38,217 nt of DNA from a virus (Duplodnaviria; Caudoviricetes). A program made the position numbers and the translations under genes. Location of the stretch: positions 1-38,217 of IMG/VR virus record IMGVR_UViG_3300043103_000226; one strand, 5' to 3'. The first letter of the stretch is position 1; each line of letters begins with the position of its first letter. Under the pieces are notes generated by a model that ran no database searches, had not been told where the DNA came from, and saw only the letters and a program-made list of their open reading frames with translations. This document shows positions 8,526-16,973 of this stretch, piece after piece.

Positions 8526-8554
8526 AAAAAAAGGCCCGTGCTACCACGGGCCTT
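8526..8554. terminator. terminator between convergent genes (T-tract on the - strand)
   Basis: AAGGCCCGTG-ctac-CACGGGCCTT preceded by an A-tract. Confidence 0.8.
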
Positions 8555-8581
8555 GAATGATTTTGGTTGAGATGCTTGGGG

Positions 8582-9031
8582 TTAGGCTTCTTTTTTGTCT
8601 TGGCTCATCACAGGTTTTAAGCGCGCTTGTGCCGTTGGAGGCTGGTCGCTGGTGTCTGTGACCAAGTCGGTTGCGATGTGGATTTTGTTTGGCCCCGCTT
8701 TCACGGTTGGGGCTTGAGGCTTTGATGGCGTGTTTGTGCTGATCTCACGTTTGAGCACACTGTTGATCCATTCCCTGGTGCTGATGCCTTTTTCTTCAGC
8801 GAGGGCTTGGATTTTATTCCATTCTTCAAGACTGAATTCTGGATTGATCACAGGTGTGGGTTTCATGAGTAATTGCAGTAGCTGTAAGGCTGCACCCGTG
8901 ATGGGTCGCTTAGATGAAAGCCAGCCTTTGACGGTTTCTGCACTGACGTTGAGGTCTTTGGCGAGATCGGCACGACTTCGGCCGGTATGCTCTAGCCACT
9001 GATTGATTTGCTGGGGGGTGAGGGTTTTCAT
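8582..9031 (-). CDS. immunity repressor (HTH), no obvious S24 peptidase domain
   Basis: SRADLAKDLNVSAETVKGWLS HTH; only credible - strand gene; divergent from the early operon. Confidence 0.8.
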   Translation of the reverse strand: MKTLTPQQINQWLEHTGRSRADLAKDLNVSAETVKGWLSSKRPITGAALQLLQLLMKPTPVINPEFSLEEWNKIQALAEEKGISTREWINSVLKREISTNTPSKPQAPTVKAGPNKIHIATDLVTDTSDQPPTAQARLKPVMSQDKKEA

Positions 9032-9053
9032 AACTAGTTAAAATCGGGCCAAG

Positions 9054-9122
9054 GTTGCAATTTGCAACTTTTTAATTTGACGAGGTAGCATATTACCCCA
9101 TTATGGAGTCGCAATCTGCAAC
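9054..9122. promoter_or_regulatory. lysis/lysogeny switch: operators and rightward sigma70-like promoter
   Basis: perfect palindrome GTTGCAA-T-TTGCAAC 9054-9068, variant GTCGCAATCTGCAAC 9108-9122; TTGACG (9077)-N16-CATTAT (9099). Confidence 0.75.
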
Positions 9123-9130
9123 TTTACAAA

Positions 9131-9301
9131 ATGAAAATCGCTCTCGAAATTACTCCCGATAATACACTCACTGAGCAAGATTTTGCGGTGATGTGTGAAC
9201 TGGCTGAGGCTGATGGTCAGACGCCAGACATGTGGGCGGCATTGGCTATAAGAAAGGCAATTTACTCCCCATCAACCAAATCAGAGGAGGTGGCCGCGTG
9301 A
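9131..9301 (+). CDS. Cro-position small regulator (56 aa, absent from the ORF track)
   Basis: MKIALEITPDNTLTEQDFAVMCELAEADGQTPDMWAALAIRKAIYSPSTKSEEVAA; RHH-like pattern; ends in GGAGG plus GTGA overlap. Confidence 0.65.
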   Translation: MKIALEITPDNTLTEQDFAVMCELAEADGQTPDMWAALAIRKAIYSPSTKSEEVAA

Positions 9302-9435
9302 ATCACACGACACCACGCCAACGCCGCCTGCGGGCGGAGCATGAGCTTCGGATGGCCACGCTGCATGAGGCGGCGAGCATGATCCTCGGCGGACTGATGC
9401 TGGCGGCGATCTTCATCGTCTTTGCCCTGATTTAG
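9298..9435 (+). CDS. small membrane protein (45 aa)
   Basis: GTG start after GGAGG; C-terminal TM. Confidence 0.55.
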   Translation: MNHTTPRQRRLRAEHELRMATLHEAASMILGGLMLAAIFIVFALI

Positions 9436-9514
9436 GCCTGCGGGCTGAATTCCATTTTCTCTCCTGAGCTGAGCTTTGGGAGGGCTTCAAACCAAAACCA
9501 ACACACTGGATTCA

Positions 9515-9841
9515 ATGAGCTACGCGAACATGAACACAACTCTGGCCCAACGTCGGGTCGATAAATCAGGACAGGGGATGCTGGCATCGCCTGCCCTCTA
9601 CATGCTGCTGTATTTAAGCATTACGGACGCGGATCGCCTGCCCTGGCATAAGCTGACGGGCCAAGTGGCTAAATGCGGGGTGACGCTGCAAGACATGCAG
9701 ATCATGCATGATCTGGGCTGGGTGCAGATGCAGCAGTCTGCGACCACGAAGGTGGTGATCAGCATCACGCCTGCGGGCAATGAGGTGATGCGGAACCTGG
9801 TGACATTCTTTCAGCTGGGAGGGCAAGGGCATGAAGGATGA
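9515..9841 (+). CDS. winged-helix-like hypothetical protein
   Basis: LGWVQ...ISITPAGNEVM MarR-like wing. Confidence 0.5.
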   Translation: MSYANMNTTLAQRRVDKSGQGMLASPALYMLLYLSITDADRLPWHKLTGQVAKCGVTLQDMQIMHDLGWVQMQQSATTKVVISITPAGNEVMRNLVTFFQLGGQGHEG

Positions 9842-9865
9842 AGCTAGAAGGATGAAGGATGAGGG
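9831..9865 (+). repeat. 5x heptamer ATGAAGG-like tandem repeat
   Basis: ATGAAGG ATGAAGC TAGAAGG ATGAAGG ATGAGGG. Confidence 0.7.
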
Positions 9866-9998
9866 CGGGGAGGCTACGCCAGAAGCGGTGGCGGTGGTGT
9901 GGCCTGTGGCTCCTGAGGCGGAACGGCTGAAACTGCTAATGCGCGCTAAGGCGGCAGTTCTGAAAGCTCCCCAGAAGCAAAGGAGGGCACGAGCATGA
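9831..9998 (+). CDS. small hypothetical protein (55 aa, absent from the ORF track)
   Basis: MKDEARRMKDEGG...KQRRARA; RBS upstream, ATGA overlap downstream. Confidence 0.5.
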   Translation: MKDEARRMKDEGGEATPEAVAVVWPVAPEAERLKLLMRAKAAVLKAPQKQRRARA

Positions 9999-10138
9999 GC
10001 ATCGCTTTCACAGTCATTAAATGTGCGAAACGCAAGCCTGTGGTCTCCCGATCGGTGCTGCGATTGGTGGCCTTTTTGTTAGGTCTCGGGCTTGGGATGG
10101 TGGGGCTGGTATGTCTTTTTCTTTTTTCAATTCTATGA
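9995..10138 (+). CDS. small membrane protein (47 aa, absent from the ORF track)
   Basis: MSIAFTVIKCAKRKPVVSRSVLRLVAFLLGLGLGMVGLVCLFLFSIL; AGGAGG RBS; ATGA overlaps at both ends. Confidence 0.55.
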   Translation: MSIAFTVIKCAKRKPVVSRSVLRLVAFLLGLGLGMVGLVCLFLFSIL

Positions 10139-10596
10139 ACACGACTCAAATAGTTATTCCGATAAGATCGGCCCAAACACAGTTCGAGCTCGCTGCTGCT
10201 GACAGTGAGATTTTTCCTACCAAGTTCCATGAGTTTGTCTTGCTGGATGGTGTGGGCGGTCTCTGCTACATGCGGCACGCTGAATACAACGACTATCAGC
10301 GCATGTGTGCTCAGTGGACTGCTGCTGGCAGTGATCAGCATGATGCGCCTGAACCGGCGGTGATGCTGATGGCAAGTGAGGAAGAGGTGGCGGAGCTGGA
10401 GGCAGAGCAGCGCAGGCCGCGCTCTTATTTCAGGTCTGCTTTCCGCGAGATCGAGCACCTGGTGCTGAGCTGCCATCAATCCATCAGTGAAGATGAGCGT
10501 GATGACATCATCCTGACGCTCTTGTCGAAGCTGATGCCTCTGCGTGAGGCGGTGCTGCGCGCTGAGGAGATCTGGGAAGAAGGGAGGGCGGCGTGA
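10135..10596 (+). CDS. hypothetical early protein
   Basis: start reassigned to ATG 10135 by the ATGA overlap; coupled to the next gene. Confidence 0.6.
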   Translation: MNTTQIVIPIRSAQTQFELAAADSEIFPTKFHEFVLLDGVGGLCYMRHAEYNDYQRMCAQWTAAGSDQHDAPEPAVMLMASEEEVAELEAEQRRPRSYFRSAFREIEHLVLSCHQSISEDERDDIILTLLSKLMPLREAVLRAEEIWEEGRAA

Positions 10597-10979
10597 TGAG
10601 TGCGACGATTGAAGGTATGAATGCTGCGATCAGAGCCCGTGAAAGCTACGATCAAGATTCTTTAGATTCTAGCGCAACCATTGAAACTCTTGCTCAAGAG
10701 GTGCGGGGGCTGAAGACGCTGCTGGAGGCTGTGGCTAAGGTGCTGCAGCCTGCCTCCCAGTCACGACCGTTGTCGTCTTTGGAACTGATGACGCGCTGGT
10801 CTGTGGCAGGTCATACGTTTGATGATCGGCTGGATATTCTGGCGCGGATGTGCCGTGATCGCGGCCTGAAACGCATGAACGGCACGCGTGGGATGAACGC
10901 CACCTACATGGTGGCTGATGTGATCGCGGCTGAGGCGTATGCGAGCGGGAAATCTCAACGCAGGAGGAGGTCAGCGTGA
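10593..10979 (+). CDS. putative DNA-binding protein (Xis/MerR-like C-terminus)
   Basis: LSSLELMTRW...ATYMVADVIAAE. Confidence 0.5.
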   Translation: MMSATIEGMNAAIRARESYDQDSLDSSATIETLAQEVRGLKTLLEAVAKVLQPASQSRPLSSLELMTRWSVAGHTFDDRLDILARMCRDRGLKRMNGTRGMNATYMVADVIAAEAYASGKSQRRRRSA

Positions 10980-11206
10980 GACGGGCACGAATCAGAATCG
11001 CCTTTGATGAAAGTAGGGCCTTGGATGCATTCATCGACCTGCCTGGCCGCAAGGTTTTGGATTGTGAGATCGATGACGAGCATCTCGCAGAGCTAAACAC
11101 TATGCTGGCGGTCGCTGGTGCGGCTGTGGATGCGGCGGCTAAGCAGCGCGGGCTGAAGCTGGCGAGACCGAATGTAAACATCACTTTTGAGGAGGGGAAA
11201 GCATGA
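10976..11206 (+). CDS. hypothetical protein (76 aa)
   Basis: AGGAGG RBS, overlaps at both ends. Confidence 0.6.
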   Translation: MRRARIRIAFDESRALDAFIDLPGRKVLDCEIDDEHLAELNTMLAVAGAAVDAAAKQRGLKLARPNVNITFEEGKA

Positions 11207-11568
11207 AAAGACCAGTTAAACTTTGCTCTTATCAGTCGGTGCAGGCGAACCTGTTTCGTGCCGAATTAGAAGCGGCAGGCCTAAAGCGTGACAAGGTGTG
11301 CATCAGTGCGGTGGAGGGCTTGATCATTTTGACTCAGGGTCCGGTAACGGCAGTTAAAAACTCGCAACGTGGCAGTTCTAGCCCAGTGCACTCGATGGGC
11401 ACTATCATCCAGATGGGGCTGGCCCGCTTTGATGTGGCGACAAAAAGCTACACGCTGACACCTGCTGGGGTGGAATATCATGAGCAGCTGCATGCGGCGG
11501 GACTGACGGAGTCGGCTCTGCAATGCCGTGCACGGATCAACCAGTTTGCGAAGGAGGTGGCGGCATGA
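11203..11568 (+). CDS. winged-helix-like protein, paralog 1
   Basis: MGLARFD..TKSYTLTPAGVEYHEQL; close paralog downstream. Confidence 0.75.
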   Translation: MKRPVKLCSYQSVQANLFRAELEAAGLKRDKVCISAVEGLIILTQGPVTAVKNSQRGSSSPVHSMGTIIQMGLARFDVATKSYTLTPAGVEYHEQLHAAGLTESALQCRARINQFAKEVAA

Positions 11569-11933
11569 GTAAGCCCTGCGTTGAATTCTGCACGTTCCAG
11601 TCCGCTCAAGGGAAAGCTTTTAGCCGCGAGCTGAAGCAGGCTGGGCTGAAACGAGATAGGGTGTGCCTTGGTGTTGTGGAAGGTCTGATCGCTCTGGCGA
11701 GCGGTCCTCTGATGGCTGTTAAAAACCCGATGGGCCGCAATTCCAGCCCGGTGCATGCGATGGGCACGATCATTGTGATGGGCCTGGCCCGCTTTGATGT
11801 GGGGACGAAAAGCTACACGCTGACGCCTGCGGGTGTGGAATATCATGAGCAGCTGCAGGCAAAGGGGCTGACGGAGTCGGCTCTGAAATGCCGGGCACGG
11901 ATCAACCAGTTTGCCCAGGAGGTGGCGGCATGA
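11565..11933 (+). CDS. winged-helix-like protein, paralog 2
   Basis: tandem duplicate of 11203-11568; GGAGG plus ATGA start at 11565. Confidence 0.75.
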   Translation: MSKPCVEFCTFQSAQGKAFSRELKQAGLKRDRVCLGVVEGLIALASGPLMAVKNPMGRNSSPVHAMGTIIVMGLARFDVGTKSYTLTPAGVEYHEQLQAKGLTESALKCRARINQFAQEVAA

Positions 11934-12208
11934 GTGAGCTTCTCTATAAGCTAACTCCGGAGGCTCTGGAAGCTGAGGCGAAGCATCTCAATGAGACGAC
12001 TTCGGCCCTGCTGACGCAGTGGTCGGCGGCTTTGCTGAAGCCTGGTCTGACGATCGAGGAGCAGGAGGCTCTGATGCTGGAAATCAAACTCAGTGCGGTG
12101 TGGATCACGGTGGGCCTGAACAAGCGGAAGGAAGCGGCGAAGCAACGTGAGAAGCTTCAACCGTGCTTAGAGCTCTGGGCACGCATTGCGGGGGATGTGT
12201 CTTTTTAG
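11930..12208 (+). CDS. hypothetical helical protein
   Basis: GGAGG plus ATGA start at 11930. Confidence 0.6.
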   Translation: MSELLYKLTPEALEAEAKHLNETTSALLTQWSAALLKPGLTIEEQEALMLEIKLSAVWITVGLNKRKEAAKQREKLQPCLELWARIAGDVSF

Positions 12209-12211
12209 ATT

Positions 12212-13009
12212 ATGAACGACTTCTCTGATCTGGCTGCCCTACGCACGAACCGCACGGATGGTGCGGGGCCGCGCTCTGGGCGCGTGACGCTGCTGTCTCA
12301 GGTGCTGGTGGCCTGTGTGACGGGTCGGCCTGCGCTGCCAGATATGGGGATCAGGGCTCTGTTTCTGATCGGCCGCATCGTGCCTGGTGTGCAGGTGGAT
12401 GTGGGTCGTCGGGAGCTGCGGCGGGTTTGCTTAGAATCAGGCACGGCTTTGCATGGGGTGGGTCTGGGTGAGGTGTCACTGGAAGAAAGACAGCACGTGG
12501 CTGAGCTGGTGCTGGGCGGTGAACGTGAGCCGCGCCGTGTGGGACGCCGTGTGAGTCTGCTGGCTTATGCCTTTGAACGTGGTGACGGGGTGCGCAGTGT
12601 GCTGCCATCCTTTGAAGCCATCGGTGCGCTGTGGGGCCTGAAGGCACGCAATCAAAGATCGGCCGTGTGTGCGGCGATGGATAAGACCGTCAGGCAAATG
12701 GTGGAGAAAGGTCAGCTGCGGTCCTGTGACTATGAGCAGATGACGGAGCTGTGGTTTGCGAAGAAGCGGGTGACGCGGGAACGCTATCACGCGGCCCAGA
12801 TCGGGAATGAAAACCGAGTGCCGAAAGCTGCGCCTGCAGATGACGAGGATCTTTCTGAGAGTGCGAGTCAAGCGGTGAAGAAGGAGCATGCGGAGCTGAT
12901 CGAGGGTGTGCCGGTGAAGCCTGAATTCAAGGGCCTGAGTGCGCTGGAACTGCGAGCGCGACTGCAACGGCTGTATGAAGCGGCAGATCTGCGGCGGCTT
13001 GGGCTGTGA
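12212..13009 (+). CDS. hypothetical protein with possible sigma-region-4-like HTH (265 aa)
   Basis: SFEAIGALWGL..RSAVCAAM followed by basic KKRVTRERY. Confidence 0.55.
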   Translation: MNDFSDLAALRTNRTDGAGPRSGRVTLLSQVLVACVTGRPALPDMGIRALFLIGRIVPGVQVDVGRRELRRVCLESGTALHGVGLGEVSLEERQHVAELVLGGEREPRRVGRRVSLLAYAFERGDGVRSVLPSFEAIGALWGLKARNQRSAVCAAMDKTVRQMVEKGQLRSCDYEQMTELWFAKKRVTRERYHAAQIGNENRVPKAAPADDEDLSESASQAVKKEHAELIEGVPVKPEFKGLSALELRARLQRLYEAADLRRLGL

Positions 13010-13012
13010 GAA

Positions 13013-13357
13013 TTTTTTGTTAGTCGAAAACCAAACCAAAACCAAACCAAACGAATATGAAGGCATCAACACAATCAGAAGAAACACCCCCCAAACATGA
13101 TGAAGGCCTTTTGACGGCTGAAGAACTGCTGAAGGTGATCTGGCCGAATGAAAATAGCCGACCTTCTCTCAGGACTCTACGTGAATGGCAGGCTCAGCGC
13201 ATAGTCCCTTATGTGAAGATTGGTCGTCTAGTGTTTTTCAACCCGGTCAAGGTTCGCCAGTCTATCGCAAAACGCTTCACCGTAGAGGCTAAATAATCAT
13301 CTTTTGTTAGTCAAAAACCGAAAAACCAAACCAAACCAAAACAAACCAAATAATATG
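13013..13357 (+). repeat. duplicated leader TTTTGTTAGTC-(AAACC)n-AATATG
   Basis: copies at ~13013-13059 and ~13301-13357, each ending at a start codon. Confidence 0.75.
13057..13296 (+). CDS. excisionase-like HTH protein
   Basis: LLTAEELL..PSLRTLREWQ..RIVPYVKIGRLVFFNP. Confidence 0.75.
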   Translation: MKASTQSEETPPKHDEGLLTAEELLKVIWPNENSRPSLRTLREWQAQRIVPYVKIGRLVFFNPVKVRQSIAKRFTVEAK

Positions 13358-14140
13358 AAATGCGAACTCAAAACGATAACGCCGGAAGTTGCCATGGAAA
13401 TGCTTAAAGCTAATGCTATTAACAGGACAGTTAACAAAGGAAATCTGGATGTCCTTGTTAAAGAACTGAAAGCGGGCCGCTGGAAGGTAAATGGTGATAC
13501 TATTCGATTTACCGAGGACAATATACTCATTGATGGGCAGCACCGCCTTTTAGCCGTTGTTCGCTCTGGAATAACAATCCAGACGTTTGTGACCTATGGT
13601 CTTCAGGCTGATGTGTTCGACAGCATTGACGTGGGTAAACGTAGGTCTGGCGGTGATACATTGTCGTGCCTTGGTGAAAAGAACGCGCGTCGTATGTCGG
13701 CGGCTCTTGTCATGATTGATAAATACATGACGGGTCGATTGCAAAAATCTATTGTTTACTCAAACACGGAGATTCAGGGGTTATTGGTAAAATATCCCGA
13801 TATTAGGATAACCCTAAAGACGACTCTCAACGCTAAAGGTTTGATCGTGGGTTCTGCTCTGGACTCTTGTCATTATTTATTCTCTAAAAAAGACCCAGTT
13901 ATGACGGAAATCTTCATTGAGAAGATTTTTAAAGGAGTGGGCCTTGAAGAGGGTGACCCATGGTATGTGCTAAGAGAAAGGCTGTTAACAAACTCTATGT
14001 CAACAGCTAAGCTTTCGACTGAATTCATGATGGCATTATGCATCAAGGCATGGAATGCCGCCCGTCAAGGCAAGCAGATCTCACATCTTAAACTAAACCT
14101 AATAGACGGGAAGTTAGGAAACTTCCCAATTTTGCTTTGA
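13355..14140 (+). CDS. ParB/Srx-fold protein with DGQHR motif
   Basis: ITPEVA..ML..N..NR..G.W..NGDTI.F..LIDGQHRL; start ATG 13355. Confidence 0.75.
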   Translation: MKCELKTITPEVAMEMLKANAINRTVNKGNLDVLVKELKAGRWKVNGDTIRFTEDNILIDGQHRLLAVVRSGITIQTFVTYGLQADVFDSIDVGKRRSGGDTLSCLGEKNARRMSAALVMIDKYMTGRLQKSIVYSNTEIQGLLVKYPDIRITLKTTLNAKGLIVGSALDSCHYLFSKKDPVMTEIFIEKIFKGVGLEEGDPWYVLRERLLTNSMSTAKLSTEFMMALCIKAWNAARQGKQISHLKLNLIDGKLGNFPILL

Positions 14141-14175
14141 TTGATCTTTTCAAACCAAAAATAAACTGAAAAAGC

Positions 14176-15573
14176 ATGAACGAAAACAATGGGATAGCGG
14201 TGGTCAGATCTCTGGCCCGAGTGGAGGAATGGGAAGTGAATCCGCGGGGTAACTCCTGCGTGAAGATCGAGGAGATGATGGAATCTCTGACTCTGATGGG
14301 CCTGCAAGATGCGATCCATATCTGGCCACGGCCGGATCGTGATCTGCTGCTGAAAGGTCACCGGCGTTTCGCGGCGATGACTCGACTGGGCTGGGAGGAG
14401 TGCGCGCAGGTGATCCATCATTTTGATGATGAGGCGCAGGCGTTTCAATACCTGCTGCAGGATCACGGGCACACTGAGCCGCTGAACAATGAGGAGAAGG
14501 TGTGCGCGATCGAAAACGGGGTGCGGCTGGGTCTGACGATTTCCGATTTGGCCCCAGCGATGGGGGTGACGCATGAACGGGCACAGCTGTGGTTTGATCT
14601 GGGTGAGGGTCTGTCTCAGGCGGGGCGGTCTGCCCTGGCTAAGGGTCTGCTCAGCGTCAATGTGGCGGAGGTGCTGCTGCAGGTGCCGGATAAGAAGGAC
14701 CGTGCTGCGGCGACTCAGCTGGTGCTTGAGGATATGATGGGTGAGCCGCTGAGCTACAAGGCGGCGCGTGACCTGGTGGAGGCAAACTACATTCTGCCTG
14801 CCAAATACAGAAGACAATGGCTGGAGATGCAGACCCAGCTAAAGAAGCGGTTTCGGGTGATCGATGGCTACATTTACGTGGACTATGAGATCATGAGTGA
14901 CTACACGATGGGGCTGAGTGGTCAGCCTTATCCTGACTTTGAATATGGTGACGGGCTGATGCCAAAGAGCACGGACGGTGAACGCTGGCAGGAGAAGGCG
15001 AAGCGGCTGGGTGTGCCGGTGTATGTGGTGCCTGCGCCGCTGCACTGTGACAAGTTTGTGCTGCTGGTGAGCTGGAAGATGATCCGTGATGCGGAGAGCG
15101 TGAAGCCTGCGGATCGGTCACCTGACGTGCCAGAGACGCCTGAGCAAGATGACGAGCAAATGCATGTGGATTTTATAGCATGCCAGGAGCCGGAGGTGGA
15201 GAAGCACGCTGATTTGAATGATGAGCAGCGAGCTCAGGTGAAGCTTTTTATGGGCGCGATCTGGGAGGCGATGCAGGAGAAGCCTGCGGTGGTGATGACC
15301 AGCGGCCCGTGGGAGCTGGTGCTGGATCGGCTGGTCTTTCAAGCTGAGGTGGGGATGGACTGGGCTCTGCATGCTTGGCTTGGCATCAACAGCACCGATG
15401 AGCTGGTGCTGTGGCTGAAACAGGATAAGCGGCAGCGTGCGCCGCTGCGTCAGGCATTGATGCTGCTGATGGCGGCGGAGATCGATGCGGTGGGCTCTCC
15501 GGGCTACATGCTGAAACGCATGGCGCAGGAGGTCGGGCTGGATGCTGACACTCTGGGAGGGCAGACCTGGTGA
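14176..15573 (+). CDS. ParB/RepB/Spo0J-like protein (465 aa)
   Basis: NPRG...SL...GLQDAI.I..LLLKGHRRFAAM; downstream HTH LTISDLAPAMG. Confidence 0.8.
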   Translation: MNENNGIAVVRSLARVEEWEVNPRGNSCVKIEEMMESLTLMGLQDAIHIWPRPDRDLLLKGHRRFAAMTRLGWEECAQVIHHFDDEAQAFQYLLQDHGHTEPLNNEEKVCAIENGVRLGLTISDLAPAMGVTHERAQLWFDLGEGLSQAGRSALAKGLLSVNVAEVLLQVPDKKDRAAATQLVLEDMMGEPLSYKAARDLVEANYILPAKYRRQWLEMQTQLKKRFRVIDGYIYVDYEIMSDYTMGLSGQPYPDFEYGDGLMPKSTDGERWQEKAKRLGVPVYVVPAPLHCDKFVLLVSWKMIRDAESVKPADRSPDVPETPEQDDEQMHVDFIACQEPEVEKHADLNDEQRAQVKLFMGAIWEAMQEKPAVVMTSGPWELVLDRLVFQAEVGMDWALHAWLGINSTDELVLWLKQDKRQRAPLRQALMLLMAAEIDAVGSPGYMLKRMAQEVGLDADTLGGQTW

Positions 15574-15803
15574 ACTATCTATCTAATGAACACGGGCCTG
15601 ACATCACGATCACGATCACGGGGCAACGTGGCAGCGGTAAGAGCTGCCTGATGGGGGATCTAGTAGCGATGCTGGAGCTCTACGGCTGCGAGGTGCGCTG
15701 CTACAAAAGAAGCCGCATGAGCGTGATCGATCACCCGATGCCGAAGCCGCCCGAGGGGCATTTTAACGCGATCCGGAAAATAAAAATGGTGGAGGTGAAT
15801 TGA
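15570..15803 (+). CDS. small P-loop protein (77 aa)
   Basis: ITITITGQRGSGKS Walker A. Confidence 0.55.
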   Translation: MNYLSNEHGPDITITITGQRGSGKSCLMGDLVAMLELYGCEVRCYKRSRMSVIDHPMPKPPEGHFNAIRKIKMVEVN

Positions 15804-15804
15804 G

Positions 15805-16017
15805 ATGATGAGCAACCCAATAGAACAAGCTGTGAGCCAACTCTGGAAGGAAGGAGCGTCTGCCAATGATGTCGTAAAAGAGCTGGCGATTGCTTTGGCT
15901 TCGATTGCGATGGTTTCAAAGCCCAAGGAATTCAGCTGGAATGATATGAAGGCCATTGTGCTGGATGAATTAGAGCAGGCGAAACACGCACTTCAGGAGG
16001 ATCAAAGCCATGGATAA
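15805..16017 (+). CDS. hypothetical protein
   Basis: GGAGG RBS, in the gene chain. Confidence 0.55.
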   Translation: MMSNPIEQAVSQLWKEGASANDVVKELAIALASIAMVSKPKEFSWNDMKAIVLDELEQAKHALQEDQSHG

Positions 16018-16231
16018 GCAAGGCAGAATCACAAAGATTAGTGAGGTGGAAGTGCTGGGCGAATACCGCTGGAAAAAAGGAAACACTATTGATGAAGACA
16101 AAATCATCGTCCTCGAAAAGCCGTCTCTGTTTCAGCCTTATATCGTGGCCGAGGTGAACGGCTATCGGATCAATCTCTGGCACTGGCGAGGTCGTCTGCT
16201 GCCTTGGAATAACAAACAAATAAAAACCTAA
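16010..16231 (+). CDS. hypothetical protein
   Basis: AGGAGG RBS, overlaps the previous gene. Confidence 0.55.
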   Translation: MDKQGRITKISEVEVLGEYRWKKGNTIDEDKIIVLEKPSLFQPYIVAEVNGYRINLWHWRGRLLPWNNKQIKT

Positions 16232-16235
16232 CATT

Positions 16236-16490
16236 ATGAAAATCACACGCAAAACAATCGGCAGAATCACTTATGAAAAACAATGTGAGGCCATATTCAC
16301 AAAGCAGCAGATACGTGAATTAAGATCATCGCCCGAACACCTTCAGCGGCAAGCTTACAATGAATGGAAGAAGATGATGGTCTCAATTGGCTTCGACATA
16401 AAGACGCTGGACATGCTTTGCAGCGATGAGCAGGCCGAGGGTATGGCTGCGGCTATGACGCTACCCAAACTGACGTGGGATGAAAGCTAG
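16236..16490 (+). CDS. hypothetical protein
   Basis: A-rich leader, in the gene chain. Confidence 0.55.
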   Translation: MKITRKTIGRITYEKQCEAIFTKQQIRELRSSPEHLQRQAYNEWKKMMVSIGFDIKTLDMLCSDEQAEGMAAAMTLPKLTWDES

Positions 16491-16545
16491 TCAGAAGCAT
16501 TCTCAAAACCAGAAAGCACCACAAAACAAAACAGAAGATCAGACC

Positions 16546-16746
16546 ATGATTACAACTATCACAAAGGAGACTCAGCAACAAATACTGAGCCATTTGACGC
16601 CACTTCTTGAATTGCTCAGAGGCATCGATAACGACGAGTTTCCACTCAGAGAATGTTACGTCGAGGCCATCTACGAATTTCTTCAAGAAGACGGCCAAGT
16701 CGAAGATGAAGATTCATTTCTTTACACCGGAGGATCAAACCAATGA
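16546..16746 (+). CDS. acidic hypothetical protein
   Basis: A-rich leader before ATG 16546; ATGA overlap downstream. Confidence 0.5.
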   Translation: MITTITKETQQQILSHLTPLLELLRGIDNDEFPLRECYVEAIYEFLQEDGQVEDEDSFLYTGGSNQ

Positions 16747-16973
16747 GCTCATGCCAATATTGCAAATACTGGAAGCAGCATCAGCATGCAACAGATGAAA
16801 CAGTCACGAGATATGGGGATTGCTGGAAATATGCTCCCCGACCTGTGATCGGAATGATGAATAAGAGCCGTCTAAGAGACACAAATGTGCAATGGCCAAT
16901 CACTCAGTTCAATGATGGCTGCGGTGAATTTGAGAGAAATTGGGAAATTGGAGAAAAATCCAAAAATCCATGA
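16743..16973 (+). CDS. small Cys-rich metal-binding protein
   Basis: CQYCKYW...GDCWKYAP...WP...GCGEF. Confidence 0.65.
   Translation: MSSCQYCKYWKQHQHATDETVTRYGDCWKYAPRPVIGMMNKSRLRDTNVQWPITQFNDGCGEFERNWEIGEKSKNP

Noticed and set aside
9085-9099. Third immunity operator GTAGCATATTACCCC
   Set aside because: Only 9/15 matches to the perfect operator; too weak to call without binding data
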